Of a stretch of DNA of 64,000 nt, positions 42,741 to 57,115 are shown piece by piece. The notes beneath the pieces are model-generated. The model worked only from the letters and a program-made list of their open reading frames with translations, was not told where the DNA came from and made no database searches. The stretch's first letter is position 1. Each line of letters begins with the position of its first letter. The stretch lies in assembly GCF_009914755.1 (NCBI RefSeq), contig NC_060930.1. One strand, 5' to 3'. A program made the position numbers and the translations under genes. The stretch is from the human T2T-CHM13v2.0 reference genome, Homo sapiens.

Positions 42741-44429
42741 ATGAGTAACAGAATTTTTCACTCAGCATTTCTGTGTGGTATTTACAGTGCTAAGGTCTCT
42801 TTTTAATTAACAGAAGATAATTTTATTGTCTTGTAATTATAATTTGGATTAATATTGTATTATACATAATAGTAAACATGCATTCTCTAAGTGTATAAAT
42901 AAAGGGTTAGAAAATTTATTTGTGGGTAGATTTCAAAAATATAATACACTCTCACACTTATAAGTCCAAATCTGTGTTTATGAAAGCATTCTAGCTACAG
43001 AACTAATTTTATGAAACTAATTTTTGTTCACAATCCATATATATACTTTTTATTTTGGGTTTTTATTATTGTCAAAACAATATTATTATTAACAAGTCCT
43101 ATTTCTATTCCAGCATCACTTTCAATAAGAAATGTAGTTCAATATGGCAATGTAGTATATTAGTTTATATATAAACCAGTACCCATTAGAGACATTGATG
43201 TACAAATTATTTATTCATGCTATTTTAAAATGACAGAATATAAATAATGAAATATTTACTTCAATCACTGATTTTTAGTATAATAATTCATTAAATATAC
43301 CTCACCTGTATAAATGGGGTATCTTTTAAAGGCTCGTTGACAAATGTTGAGGTCTCCAGAAAAGTGATAATGTTAAATCAATCAGATTTTCAAGCCAATT
43401 GGATATGAACCTAGAATTTGGAGGTAAGACTGATGGACAAAGATTAAATAGCTCTGTGTTAATCAGCCAGTAGCAAAAGCCCTGCTGCCTTTGAAAAATA
43501 TTGATTAAAGCTGATTGATGGACTTCATGGATGGAAAGAGAAACAGATTATGGGAACTGGATAGATCAACTCATGAAGCTAGGCTCATTCATTAGGGAGA
43601 CGTAAATAAAGTCATACTATTTATACATGCTGTCTGATTCGCTTCAAATATGTTTTCAATAGTTTTCTATCTACATTGTGCTGAAAACATATATGCTGAA
43701 ATAATATCTTTATGCACAGAAAATAGAAAAAGGGGAAGATAATTGCGCAGTTGTTCCTTTAAGCCAATTAAATTCCACCAGAGGGAGATACCTCTTTGTG
43801 CTCCCAGATGCTTGCCCTGTGTGTTCATTCATCAACATAGAGCTCTTAGTTTTGCCATTTCATATGACATCAATGGGGAAACTGCAAGTAATTTAACTAT
43901 TAATATAGCTGCCATAGCATTTCAAGTACAGACAACACATTATTATTACGTATACACTAAATCAATCAATATAGATCTATTATGGAGCATGTATGGACAG
44001 AACGTTGCACAGACACTGGGGAAAATACAAAAGAGGATCTTAAAGCCTACTGTTTCCACTGGGAACCTGTGCATACTCTGCATTCATACCAAAACCCCAT
44101 CTTGGCTCTTAAGACTCTTAGGGAAATTAGAGCCTAAACTTGAGATTTGAATACTTGGTTCTACCTGTCCTTTCTCTCCAACATATGACGCCATTTTCCA
44201 TTGCCAAAGAGAAGCAGAGCACTGAGGTCATTAAATTCAATCGTATCTAAATCGCACAGTCTGATAAATCACAGGGCCCATTTTTTTTTTGCCTCATATG
44301 TTCATTAAAGGTCTGACCACAAGGTGATGTTTAGAAGAGTGACAGAAATGAGTTTCTTTCTTTTCTTTTTTTTAATTTCTTTGCAAAATTACTACATATA
44401 TATATAGTTGAATTCAATTTCATATATAA

Positions 44430-44930
44430 TGAGCAACTGAGGCTTATCACAAGAATGCAAGGTTGATGAAACCTTTGAAAATTAATTTATATAATTCACC
44501 ATGACAGACTTAAAGAAATAAAATGAAAAGCAAAACATATGACCATTTTAATAGATGCAGAAAAAGTATTCGACAAAATCTAATATACATTTCTCATGAA
44601 AACTCTATGACTAGAGGAGAACTTTTTCAATTTGATCAAGGGCATCTACAGCCAACATTAAACTTAAGAGTTAATTAGTTAACATGTTTCCCTAAAATCA
44701 GGAAGAAAGCAAGGATGTCTGCTCCCACTACTTCTATTCAACATAGAACTGGAGGTTCTAGTCATGCAATACAGCAAAGAAAAGATATAAAAGACACCTA
44801 ATTTGTAAAGAAAACAAACTGTCTCTATTCACAGTTGATGTAATCATCTATCTTATGAATCTACATAAAAATATTAGAACTAATAAGTGTACGTATCAGA
44901 TCATTATTCAAAAGTTTATTGTATTTCTTT
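44430..44930 (+). mobile_element. Old L1 ORF2 (RT region) fragment
   Basis: aatagatgcagaaaaagtattcgacaaaat and caaggatgtctgctcccactacttctattcaacatag. Confidence 0.8.
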
Positions 44931-45058
44931 TTTTTTTTTTGAAGTTGCAGAACCATTTATTACCTTGCATGCTATCACAGACCTTTTTTCTCAGTTCATT
45001 AGAAGCAAGTAGCTTGTTCTCAGCCACGGTCAAAGGGAGGGAAATTACACTCCACCTC

Positions 45059-45158
45059 TTTTTTTTTTAATTTTTTAAATTATACTTTAAGTTCTGGGAT
45101 ACATGTACAGAACATGCAGGTTTGCTACATAGGTATACACATGCCATGGTGGTTTGCT
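45059..45158 (-). mobile_element. L1PA7/8-like 3' end stub
   Basis: ttatactttaagttctgggatacatgtacagaacatgcaggtttg...ccatggtggtttgct. Confidence 0.88.
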
Positions 45159-45905
45159 TCACTCTGATCAAAAGGAGAAAAGGAGGCTTTATAAGATCTT
45201 TCACTTTGTAAACAGATATGTACATGATGCAGTTTACTGACCTCCTCCATGACTGCTACTCTGTATAAATTTCCACTACTCACAAAGGGAAAAAATAGAC
45301 CTCCTGTTTAGAAAGCTACTTTGGCTATTGTAAACTTGTGGTCTGGCTAGGCAAAAATTAGAAACACCGGAAGACAAGTTTCCTGAGCAGTAAGGAGGAG
45401 AGGCTTTTCTTGTCTCTTGCGTCTTATAGCACATCTAACTTCAGGATGAGCTGTGGGTGCAACCACTGGAGAGGTGCAGAAATCAGTCTTGTAATCAGCT
45501 CTTCCTTCTAATGCCTGCACAAGCCCTACTCATAGCAGTCTCTACAGCCATTCTCTACCTTTAGTTTCTTCTCAACACCCACCCCTTATACTTGTCCAGA
45601 GGAGAGGACTTAGGTCTGGGGGACCGCAGCTAGAAGGATTTCAGTGAAAGCAATGCTATTTATTATACTGATGTTTAAGAAGAGACAATGGCCTAGAAAT
45701 CAGGGCCTGGAAAAGTAAATAATAAAGTTCAAGAATAGCATACTCATGTATGAGGCAGTTTTTGAGTCTGAGATGACATATTAGGTAAATAAAATTTGCA
45801 TGAGTTTTCTTTGTTAATTCAAGTTGCTGGTGGCTGGCCAGCAAGTAAGTAGAAGTGTTAGGCAGAGGACAAGCTAGTTCAGGAAGTTTCTGTGGCAGGT
45901 GAGTT

Positions 45906-46269
45906 TGTAGTGGACTGAATGTTTGTGTTCCCCCCCACAAATTCATAGGTTGAAATCCTAACTCCCAATGTGATGGCACTAGGATGTGGGGCCTCTGGGA
46001 GATGACTAGGTCATGAGGATGGACTCCTCATGAATGAATATAATGCCCTTATTATAAAAGGGGCCCCAGAGAGCTCTCTTGCTTTCTTTCCACCATGGGA
46101 GGACATAGGAGGAGGATGTGATCTATGAACTAGGAAGCCCTCCCCAGACACTGGATCTGCAGATGCCTTGATCTGGACTTCTCAGCCTCCAGGATGGAGA
46201 AATGGATGTTGTTGTTTAACCTATCTACTGTGTAGTATTTTGTCATACCAACCCAAATGAAGTAAGACA
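45906..46269 (+). mobile_element. MLT1A0-like MaLR solo LTR
   Basis: tgtagtggactgaatgtttgtg...gccttgatctggacttctcagcctccag...taagaca; TSD-like gagtt/gagat. Confidence 0.88.
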
Positions 46270-46274
46270 GAGAT

Positions 46275-46395
46275 ATTTTTTAGAGACAGGGTCTCTCTAT
46301 GTTACCCAGGCTGGTCTTGAATCAAACCCCTGGCCTTAAGATACTTTCATCTCAGCCTGTCAAGTAGCTGGGAATGTAGATGCGTGTCTGCAACA
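46275..46395 (-). mobile_element. FLAM_A-like Alu monomer
   Basis: ttttttagagacagggtctc...ccaggctggtcttgaa...ctcagcctgtcaagtagctggg. Confidence 0.8.
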
Positions 46396-47345
46396 TAATT
46401 TAAGATCAAATATTTACTGATTACTTTTTAATAAACACTTGAATGGAGCTTAATTGGTGCCATACTCTGTCATAAAAATGAAAAATATTAACTAATAACA
46501 ACTCTAGGAGTTTGGTTCTGTTATTGTCCCTGTACTATACAGGGAGGAAACTGATAAATCAAGAGGTTGAGTGACTTCGCTGAGGCCCGTGACCAAAAAG
46601 TTGCAGGGCAGGGTCTGCACTAGGCAGGCTGTTGCTAACCTCCTGGTGCCCTGAAGCACTATGCTGCACCTCAAGAAGGGTCGCTTAACCAAAAATTAGG
46701 GGATAGGTTTTGCCTTCAATGAGAACAGAGACAACTTCTCCCAAGACTGGCCATTTTGGGAGCATTTGCTCAGCTTTGCGCTTGGGAGTGGAGAAAAGGA
46801 TGGAATCCTAAAAAGGAAATTTCAAGCATCAGATTTAGAAGGGGGAGGGTGAAAACAGTTGTGGCTGAAAAGGGAGCCCACTAATGGAGTGACAAGATAA
46901 CAGAGAACCCATCACTGACAGAATTTTTAGAAAACTGGAGTCCCTGGCATTTTGACCTTTGGCTGACCTAGGAGTGGCTCTCGTGGGAGAGGCACTGCAA
47001 GGCAAGTGGAATTACAGGGTGAAACATTTTAAGCCAAAAAAGCAAAATCTGGGGAAAATAAAGCAGCCCTGAATGATCTAGAAGAAGAGGCGTGGGGCAG
47101 GAGCTGATGGGAGGCGCTAGGATTCCTGCTGTGGCAGGCTCTCGCAGGCACCCTCTGCCACTACCACCTCCTTTCCCCCATCCCTGATCCTCTCCGGCCT
47201 CATCTGTTCAAACCACCCATGTAGCTACTGCAGCTCCTCCCTGGGGCAGCCACGCTGCAAATACTCCTCCAACCCCCGATGACTTCTCCCATCCACACAG
47301 CCTGAACTTAGCTTCATGCCGCAATGGTTACTTTTCAGACAAATA

Positions 47346-47683
47346 GAGTCATGAATCACTTGACAAGAGGGATGCGTTCTGAGGTACATGTCAGGTGATT
47401 ACATCATTGTGTGAGCATGAACACCATAGTGTACTCACACAGACATGGGTGATGTAGCCTACTGCACACCCAGGCTATGTGGTAGAGCTACAAACTGTAA
47501 CTCTCCTAGGCTACAAACCTGTACAGCATGTAACTGTTCCGAATATTGCATGAAATTGTAACACAATGGCAAGGATTTATGTATCTAACATAGAAAATCT
47601 ACAGTAAAAATACAGCATATAATTTTATGGGACCACTATCGTGTTTGTGGTTTGTCATTGACAGAAATCTTATGTTGTGACTG
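47346..47683. mobile_element. Tigger3a (MER7A), opposite orientation to the 17.3-kb copy
   Basis: TA-flanked; ctcctaggctacaaacctgtacagcatg, ttatgggaccact, and end gtgactg+ta. Confidence 0.85.
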
Positions 47684-50469
47684 TATATGGATACCTAAGC
47701 GTGCCTTTTCTAATTTCTTAGGAGGGCAAGAATTAAATTTAATTCAGTGAATATAAAAGAACAAGTCTATGGCAGTTGGATTCATAAATAATAACAAAAC
47801 AACAATGTCATTTATATTATCATTCTTATTGTTATTAATACATCACTAATACTTGGTAAAAAGAGTCAGACATGTCACCGTTAATCTTTACAGTAACCCT
47901 GGGTAACAGGCACACTTCCTATATTTAAATAAGAAGACTAAAACTTAAGGAGTAATTTGCCAAGGGTGGTAAGTAGGTGAGCTAGGATTTGAACTCAGAC
48001 TTATCTTATTACAAAGCCTTTGGTCTCAACCCCTAGGTTATATGAGTTCAGATACAAATTTAAATTGGGACTCATAAGAATACACATGCAGGAGATACAT
48101 GTAGTTAGGTGAAATTGTTAATTATTTCTACCTATATGAAGCTAGTTTTTACCATTGATAAAACAGGGATGAGAATTACCTAGCTCATCGGGTTTAAGCT
48201 AAACACTGTTAATGAAAATGCCTTATAAACTCTGAAGTGTAAATAATTACAAAATGCTACTACATGGATTGATAATGGCTATGGGAGGCAGACACGCACA
48301 TACGTATCCTTACACATACATATATCAGCATGAGGTTACAGCTTGCTTGAGTGACTGGGCAAGCCATACCTAACCAGTCAATTAGTACACTGAAAATCCA
48401 TGTGCCATTCATATATCTTAGGTACTATTGTAGAGAAAACAAATAACAGAAAAAATTGTCCATGAAGTATCGGATTAAGAATGAACAGCTAATGAATTGG
48501 AGGAGAAATCAAGAGGGAACAAACTTACAAAAAGAGTTTCCTAACCATCTAGTTTAATGAACTCACCAAAACTTTGAAAAGAAAGTGGTAACTGAATTAT
48601 TTCATAAGAAAACATTTGAGACATATTTTGAATTCTTATCAGATTTAATAAATGTGAAACCCTAGGATCTTGTAGTTTTCTTGCTAGCAGTTGACATTAA
48701 TGAACTTTGGACAACTCAGTGCATCACTGTATAATATGCCTTTTCCTCCAATGTAGAAAATCTTCAGATGAGTCCATTTTAATTCAAAATTTGTGTATCC
48801 AGTGCTTTTTGTTTATTTATTTAGATTTCCAGGGTCAAACTTCTACCACTGAAAGTAAAAACATAAACATCCAATAAGACCTTTAATAAAGATAACTTGT
48901 ATTTATACCTTTAATATTCTGGAGCAGAATTTGACACTAAAGATTATTTACCTGTGTCCAGCTCAACACCTCTGCAAGTAAATCACTCACCAATAAACTT
49001 GACTTCCCGGACTGAAGGCTGTGGGGAATGGGTTACAGGCGATGTGAATCCGCAACGGCAAATGTCATGGATGTTTGCTTGTTGCAGCTTGCCAAGCTGA
49101 CCCAAATCCAGTGGAGCCTTTGCTTTCCTGCTAACCACCATTTTTCCTCGCCACTTTCCTCTTCTCTCCCCTTTTTTTGGGTAGTGTAAATGTATTTCAA
49201 AGCAAAAGTTAGTATTCAAATTGTTTTCTGCCAAATCCAGTAAATCTAACAAATTTTGACTGATGCCTGCTAAGTGCAAATGGTAAGAGCAGCATGTGAA
49301 TCTGAAGATTTTCAAAAAGGGATTCTGCAATTAGCATGTGGTCCTGTATTCTTCCAGCAGGTAGCAAAAAAGAGAAACATCTAACAGTAGGGTTTACATC
49401 TCAACAAATATCAAGCAGACCTAAAATATGCATTAGGATCTTTGCTTCCCTTTATGTCTGGGAGTGATCTTGTAAGTTTCCTTCCTGGGCATGGAAGAGA
49501 AGAACGCTCCTCTTCCCAGGGAGACGTGAAGGCCCTGATGACTGTGGCATTGCCAGGGGCTGGCTGTGAGGCAGGCAGGAGCCAGCCCTCATTTGGTACA
49601 CACTGTCTATGTGCACTATGCTGCAGAAACCATGCAGTGAATAGACAGGGAAGGACAGATTTGCAAGCTGCATGTGGAACTTTATGCCTTGTAATTCTGA
49701 ACTGTGCCTCTTTGATTCTTAAAATCCCCTTCTGAAAATATGGTGAGTCACTGCCTCTGACCGTGGCCTGTCTGCTGCTACACTGTGAAACTGTTTGAAT
49801 CTTGGAGGAGCAGAGGAATAAGTGCCATGTTGGTTTTAATTAAATTTTGAAAAAGGCTCAACCATATCCTTCTTTTTCCTTCCATCGGGGATTCTACAAT
49901 TATTAAATTAGGCTGGTGGTGTCTACTTTCAGAATCATGAATTTTTACCAGCAGATAATTTCTCTTTTTATTGTTGGATATTTTCTTGGTGCATTTTACG
50001 GCTCTCATCTTTGGCAGAGCTAATCTGGTTTTCGTCAGCCACAGTTCTGCTCGTTAATCCATTTATGGATTTTTACATAGTTTCTCCTTGGATGGTAAGT
50101 GTACTACCTCCAAGGATTCCTTTCAAGCCACTCAGTAGAGCTTGCTCCTCTTTTCCTCTGTCCATAATGTGTGTTCATATCATCCCTGCCATGTTAGCCT
50201 TTTGAACATTTCATTTCAGGGCCTGGCTGGAATGCTGTTAGAGGAACATATTCATAAAGTGGGCATATTTCTAAACAGCTTTGTATAAGTTGACTTATGT
50301 ATATTTTTAAAATGAATGTTCTCATTTGTCTAGAAATTTACCCAAGCATTTATAGATCTCTTTTTCTATGTCTGGTACCCTGCTAAGCACAGTGAGGGAT
50401 ACAAACAAATACACACACTGACCCACCCCCCGACACATACCCTCAAACTGAAAAATATAATGCCATTTT

Positions 50470-53172
50470 TGAATTCTACCAAATGTCAAAAAAAGAATTA
50501 ACCTCAATCCTTTTCAAATCCCTCCAAGAAACAGAAGAAGAGGAAATATTCCTAACTCTTCATATTAGGCCAGTACCCTGATACCAAAGCCAGACAAACA
50601 CATCACAAGAAAAGAAACTACTGCCCATATCCCTTATGAATATAGATGTGAAAAAGTTCAGCAATAGTGAGCAAACTGATTTCAACAGTATATTAAAAGG
50701 ATTATACCACATGTCCAAGTAGGATTTATCCTAGGAATATGTGGGTGGTTCCACACATGAACATCCACCAATGTAACATACCGCATTAATAGAATGAAGG
50801 AAAACAAATGAATATAGGTGCGAAAAAAATAGTGAGCAAGCTGATTTCAACAGTATATTAAAAGGATTATACCACATGTCCAAGTAGGATTATCCTAGGG
50901 ATGTGTGGGTGGTTCCACACGTGAACATCCACCAATGTAACATACCACATTAATAGAATGGAGGAAAACAAATGTGTGATCATCTTAATTAATGCAGAAA
51001 AAGCATCTGATAAAATATAACACTGTTTCATGATTTTAAAAAAAACACTCATAACTAACTAGGAATAGAAGGGAACTTCCTTAAACATGGTAAAGGGTAT
51101 TAATGAAAAACCCACAGCCACCTCATCCTTACTGATGAAAGGCAGAAAGCTGCCCCCACTCACATGATCAGGAATGAAACAAAGATGTCCGCTGTCACCA
51201 CTTCTATTCAACATTGTACTGGAAGTTCTAGCTAGAGAAATTAGGAAAGAGAAAAAAATAGAAGCCGTCCATTGGAAAGGAAGAAGTAAAACTATCCCTA
51301 TCCACAGATGACATGATCTTACAGAAAATTCTAAGGAATTCACCAATAAAACTATTGAGACTAATAAACAAAATCAGAAAAGTTTCAGGATACAAGACTA
51401 ACATATAAAAAATCAGTTGTGTTTCTTTACACTAGCAATGACCCATCAAAAATAAACTTCAGAACATTCCGTTTACAATATCTTCAAAAGAATAAAGTGT
51501 TCAGAAACAAATTTAACCAAATAACTACAAAATTTGCCCGCTGAAAACTATAAAATATTGTTGAAAGAAATTAAAGGAGACCAAAATAATTACAAATAGA
51601 TCCTGTGTTAATGGAATAAAAGACTTAATATTATTTAGGTGGTGGTACTTCCCAAATTGGTTTGTAGAGTCAATGTAATCCCAGTCAAAATCACAACATT
51701 GCAAGGAACCCCAAATATCCAAAACAATCTTGAAAAGGAACAAAGTTGGCTGACAGTTCTTAATTTCAAAACTCAATACAAAGCTATAGTAATAAAAACA
51801 GCATTGTATAGGGATAAGGATAGAAATGCAGATAAACGGAAGAGACTTCTGAGTCCATAAGTAAACCATATATTTAAGGCCACTTAAGTTTTTTACATGG
51901 AAGCCAAGATTATTCAATGAGAAAGAATAGTCTCTTCAACAAATGGTGCTGGGACAACTGGGCATCCACATGCCAGAGAATGAATTTAGATTCTTACCTT
52001 ACACCACATACAAAAATTAACTCAAAGTAGATCAACGGCTTAAATATAAGAGCCAAAATTATAAAAGCCTTAGAAGAAAGCATTAGGGTACATCTTTATT
52101 ACCTTGGATTTGGCAATGGTCCTTAGATATAACACCAAAAGTACGAACAATAACAAAAATATATAAACTGGACTTCATCAAAATTAAAATCTTTTGTACA
52201 TCAAGTGACACTTTCAGTCAAGTGAAAAGATAACAACAGGATGGCCAAACACATTTGCAAATTATATATCTGATAAAGATCTATCATCCAGAATATATAA
52301 ATAGCTTTTAGAATTCAATGACAAAAAGGCAAATGATCCACTTAAAAATGGGCAAAGGGCTTGAAAAGATATTTCTTCAAAGAAGATAAGAATGTCCAAA
52401 AAGCACAGGAAAAGTTGCTCAACATCATTAGTCATTAGGGAAATGCAAATCAATACCATCAGCAGATACCATATCACATCCACTAGGATGACTAGGCTGA
52501 AAACACTTCAAAAGTGTTGTCAATGATGTGGAGAAATTTGGACCCTCATACGTTGTTGGTGGGAATGTAAAATGATGCAGCTGCAGCAGAAAACAGTTTG
52601 GTGAGTCCTCGAAAATTAGACACCAGTATTACCATATGACACAATAATTCCATTCCCAGGTACATACCTAAGAGGTTTGAAAACATATATTCAACCAAAA
52701 ATATGTGTACAAATGTTGATAGCAGCACTATTCACAAGACCCCAAAGGTGGGAATGATATCCAGGAGCTAATGAATGGATAAACAAAAAAAGATAGATTC
52801 ATACAAGAAAAAATTATTCAACCATAAAATGAATGTGCTGCAACATGGATGACTCTTCAACACATTATGTCAAGCTAGAGAAGCCAGACAGAAACAACAC
52901 ATGTTGTGTAATTTCATTTAGCTGAAACTTCTAGAAGGTAAATCTATACATACATAAAGTAGATTAGTGGTTGGAAGTGGCAGAGAGGAGGGGAAAAGGT
53001 GGAGTGACCGGTTAATGGTTATGGGATTTTCTTTAGGGATGATGAAAATGTTACAGAACTAGATAGTCGTAGTGGTTACACAACATTATGACTGTATTAA
53101 CAGCCATAAATTGTACTCTTTAAAATGGTGAATTTGTATTATGTGAATTTTACCTCAATAAAAGATTATAAA
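50470..53172 (+). mobile_element. L1MB (L1MB3-like), 5'-truncated, decayed ORF2 plus 3' UTR
   Basis: Continuous sense ORF2 homology; 3' end gatgatgaaaatgtt...tttaaaatggtgaattt...atgtgaattttacctcaataaaa. Confidence 0.9.
50636..50974. repeat. Tandem duplication, ~170-bp unit x2, inside the L1MB
   Basis: Copy 1 at 50636-50807 and copy 2 at 50808-50971, with ATG microhomology at the junction. Confidence 0.95.
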
Positions 53173-53384
53173 AAGTGTACCATTTTCAAGTAGTTCTAAA
53201 CCTAGCTGAGATGGAACTAACATTCATGAAAAATCAGGTAGAGGCAGTTCTCAGCACAGCAGTGTGAAACCATAGAATGGCTATGCAAGCTGAAATTATG
53301 GAAAGAGAGCTTAATCATCAGTAGAAAAAATTAATGGTGCTCTTGCTTAAGAATTTGTTAAAACCTTAAGAAATTTTATACTGC

Positions 53385-56219
53385 AATCAGAAATGACATT
53401 ACAACTGATAGCACAGAAATACAAGAGACTACTTTGAACAACGCTGGGCACACAAGTTGGAAAATTTAGAGAAGATATGTATAAATTCCTGAAAACATAC
53501 AACCTTCCAGGATTGAATCAGGAAGAGATTGAAACCCTGAATAGACCAGTATTGAGTTCTGAAACTGAATCAGTAATAAAATCTACTAACCAAAAAAAAG
53601 CCCTGGACCAGATGAATTCACAGCCAAATTCTACCAGATATACAAAGAGGAACCCATACCAATACTACTGAAACTATTCCAAAAAATCGAGGGATGAGGG
53701 AGCTGGCTCCTCCCTAACTCATTCCATGAAGCCTGATACCAAAATATGGCAGAGACACAACGAAAAAAGAAAACTTCAGGCCAATATCCCTGATGAACAC
53801 TGATGCAGAAAAATCTTCAACAAAATACTAGCAAACCATATCCAGCAGCACATAAAAAAGTTAATTCATTGCAATCAAGTAGGCTTTATTCCTTGGATGC
53901 AAAGTTGGGGTTGGTTCAACGTATACAAATCAATAAATGTGATTCACTACATAAGCAGAATTAAAAACAAAAACCATATGATCGTTTCAATACATGCAGA
54001 AAAAAGCTTTTGAAAAAACACAACACTCTTTCATGATAAAAATCCTTAACAGACAAAGAGTCATCTACAACTTAAGTGCCATCTATGACAAACCCACAGG
54101 AAACATCATACTGAATGGACAAAAGCTGAAACCGTTGCCCTTGAGAATTGGAACAAGACAAGGATGCCCACTCTGTCCACTCATATTCAACATAGTACTG
54201 GAAGTCCTACCCAGAGCAACTGGGAAAGAGAAATAAATAAAAGGCAGCTAAATAGGAAAAAGAAGAAGTCAAACTATCTCTCTTCACTGATGATATGATT
54301 CCACACCTAGAAAACCCTGAAGACTGCACCAAAAGGCTCCTAGAACTGATAAATGTCTTTAATAAAGTTTGAGGATACAAAATCAATGTACAAAAATTAG
54401 TAGCATTTGTATACACCAATAATGTCCAGGCTGAGAGTCAAATCAAGAGCACAATTCCATTTACAATAGACAAAAAGAAAATGAAATACCTAGGTATACA
54501 GCTAACCAAGGAGGTGAAAGATCTCTACAAAGAGAACTACAAAACATCACTTGAAGAAATCAGAGATGACACAAATAAGTAAGTAAAAAAATTCCATGAT
54601 CACGAGTTGGAAGAATTAATATCATTAAAATGGCCACATTGCCCAAAGCAGTTTACAGATTCAACATTATTTCTATCAAACTACCAACATTATTTTTCAC
54701 AGGCCTAGAAAAAATTAGTCTAAAATTCATACAGAACCACAAAATAGCCCAAATAGCCAAAGCATTTTTAAGCAAAAAGAACAAAGCTGGAACATCACAC
54801 TACCTGACTTCAAACTATACTATGAGCCTACAGTAATCAAAACAGCATGGTACTGGTACAAAACAGACACATGGATCAAATGGAACAGAATACAAAACTC
54901 AGAAATAAAGCTGCACATCTACAACCATCTGATCTTCGACAAGGCTGACAAAAACAAGCAATGGGGAAAGGACTCCCTACTCAATAAATGGTACTGGAAT
55001 AACTAGCTAGCCATATGCAAAATGAAACTGGACCCTACCTCTCACCATATACAAAAATTAACTCAAGATGGGTTAAATATTTAAATGTAAGACCTAAAAC
55101 TATAAAAATCCTAGAAAAACCCTAGGAAATACCCTTCTCGATATTGGCCTTGGTAAAGAATTTTTGGCTAAGTCCCCAAAAGCAACTGGAACGAAAACAA
55201 AAATTGACAAGTGAGAGCTAATTAAACTGGAGAACTTCTGCACAGCAAAAGAAATTATCAACAGAGTAAACAGAGAACTTACAGAATGGGAGAAAATATT
55301 CACAAACTATTCGTCCAACAAAGGTCTAATATCCAGGATCTAGAAGCAACTTAACAATTCAACAAGCAAAAAACAAATAACCTCATTAAAAAATGGACAA
55401 AAGACATTAATAGAAACTTCTCAAAAGAAGACATTTGAGTGGCCAACAGACATATGAAAAAATGCTCATCATTACTAATCATCAGAGAAATGCAAATCAA
55501 AACCGCATTGAGATACCATCTCACACCAGTCAAAATGGCTATTACTAAAAAGTAAAAAAAATAATAATAATAATGGATGCTGATAAGACTGTGGAGAAAA
55601 GGGTACACTTATGTACTGTTGATAGGAATGTAAATCGACCACTGTGGAAAGCAATTTGGAGACTTCTCAAAGAGCTTAAAACAGAGCCACAATTCAACCC
55701 AGCAATCCCACTGGAAAAGAAATCATCCTACCAAAAAGACAAATGTACTCATATGTACTCTGCTGTGCAATTCACAACAGCAAAGACATGGAATCAACCT
55801 AGGCGTCCATCACTGGTGGATTAGAAAAAGAAAATGTGGTATATATACACCATGAAATACTATGCAGCCATAAAAAAGAATAAAGTCATGTCCTTTGAAG
55901 TAATATGGATGGAGCTGGAAGTCATAATCCTAAAATTAATACAGGAATAGAAAACCAAATATTGCACATTCTCACATATAAGTAGAAGTTAAATATTGAG
56001 CACATATGGAAACAAATATGAAAACAATAGACACTGTGGACTAACAGAAAGGGGAGGAAGAGAGGAGGCGTGGGTTGAAAAACTACCTATTGGGTACCAT
56101 GCTTGCTACCTGGGTGACGAGATCCATACCCCAAACCCTAGTATCACACAATATACCATGTAACTAACCTATATATGTACACCCTGAATCTAAAATTAAA
56201 GTTGAAATTAAAAAAAAGA
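53385..56219 (+). mobile_element. L1PA16/17-like LINE-1, 5'-truncated, frameshifted ORF2 plus 3' UTR
   Basis: ORF fragments match L1 ORF2p ([41 protein letters not shown]); 3' end gggttgaaaaactacctattgggtac...taaagttgaaattaaaaaaaa. Confidence 0.93.
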
Positions 56220-56339
56220 ATTATTGTGTTGTTGATTATAAGCATTTGCAAATGAAATAAAAATAGTAAAGCTAATATTTACTTACTGTGGTGTAATTTA
56301 AATATTAAATTACATTAAGAATTAAAGATTTTTTAATTA

Positions 56340-57115
56340 AAAATGTATCTAGAGTTGCTTGAACAGTGCTTGCCTTTGTTCTTTTTGTATAGCTTCTACT
56401 ATGGAGAGCTCATGTTCTCTATGCCTTGGCAAATTTTCATGCTCTTTTCTCAGTTTGGGTCAGCTTCTGACATTTTATCCTTTGCATTTTCAATGCCATG
56501 AATTATCTGTGAAGTTGTTTTCTTTTGCTTTGTTTTGTCAGCATGTTCATCCTTTTCATCACAACCACATTCTTCTTTTGTCAGTAAGTTTGCCCTCACT
56601 AAGTTCCTCTGGCTGCACATCTAGAATCTCCAGAAGGGTGGCAGCATCAGCATTCCACGATCAGCTATTTCTTCTAGGACTCTGTTACCGCTGATCCTAC
56701 TTTCATTTTCAATATTACCACTTTTCATTTTTTGTTACATTGTCACGTAGGTTGACTAATTTTCTCTTTTGATAATCCACATTTGTAAAATGTTACTTGG
56801 AGTGATTGGTGAGAGATTAAGAGTCAACACAGCTACCCACCTTGCTGTCTCTGTGTGAACTGGTAACAGAGGCACAGTGACCAATTACCAGCAGACTCTG
56901 GAGGAAGTGACATGGTTGTGCACTGATCGTGATGTAGATCTTTAACTAAACTTGAACTAGAGTTAGCAGCATGGTTTTTCTTCGTGCAATTACTCACAGT
57001 TAATATGCCATGGTAGCTGAAATTGGAACCATGTTGTTGGGGGAATTGATTTTATTTAACTAAATCAAGATAATTGTAATTTTGAAAATTGAAGCTATGC
57101 AAAATTATGCAGTAT
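56340..57115. mobile_element. Tigger13a-like DNA transposon remnant
   Basis: cagtgaccaattaccagcagactctggaggaagtgacatg and tgcaattactcacagttaatatgccatggtagctgaaattggaaccatgttgttggggga. Confidence 0.75.

Noticed and set aside
53477-55824. Reverse-transcriptase-like ORF fragments
   Set aside because: Frameshifted L1 ORF2 in a 5'-truncated old element; not an active retrotransposon or a novel RT system.
56359-56694. 111-aa ORF that might look like a processed pseudogene
   Set aside because: Explained by a Tigger13a-like remnant; no poly(A), TSD or recognisable protein.
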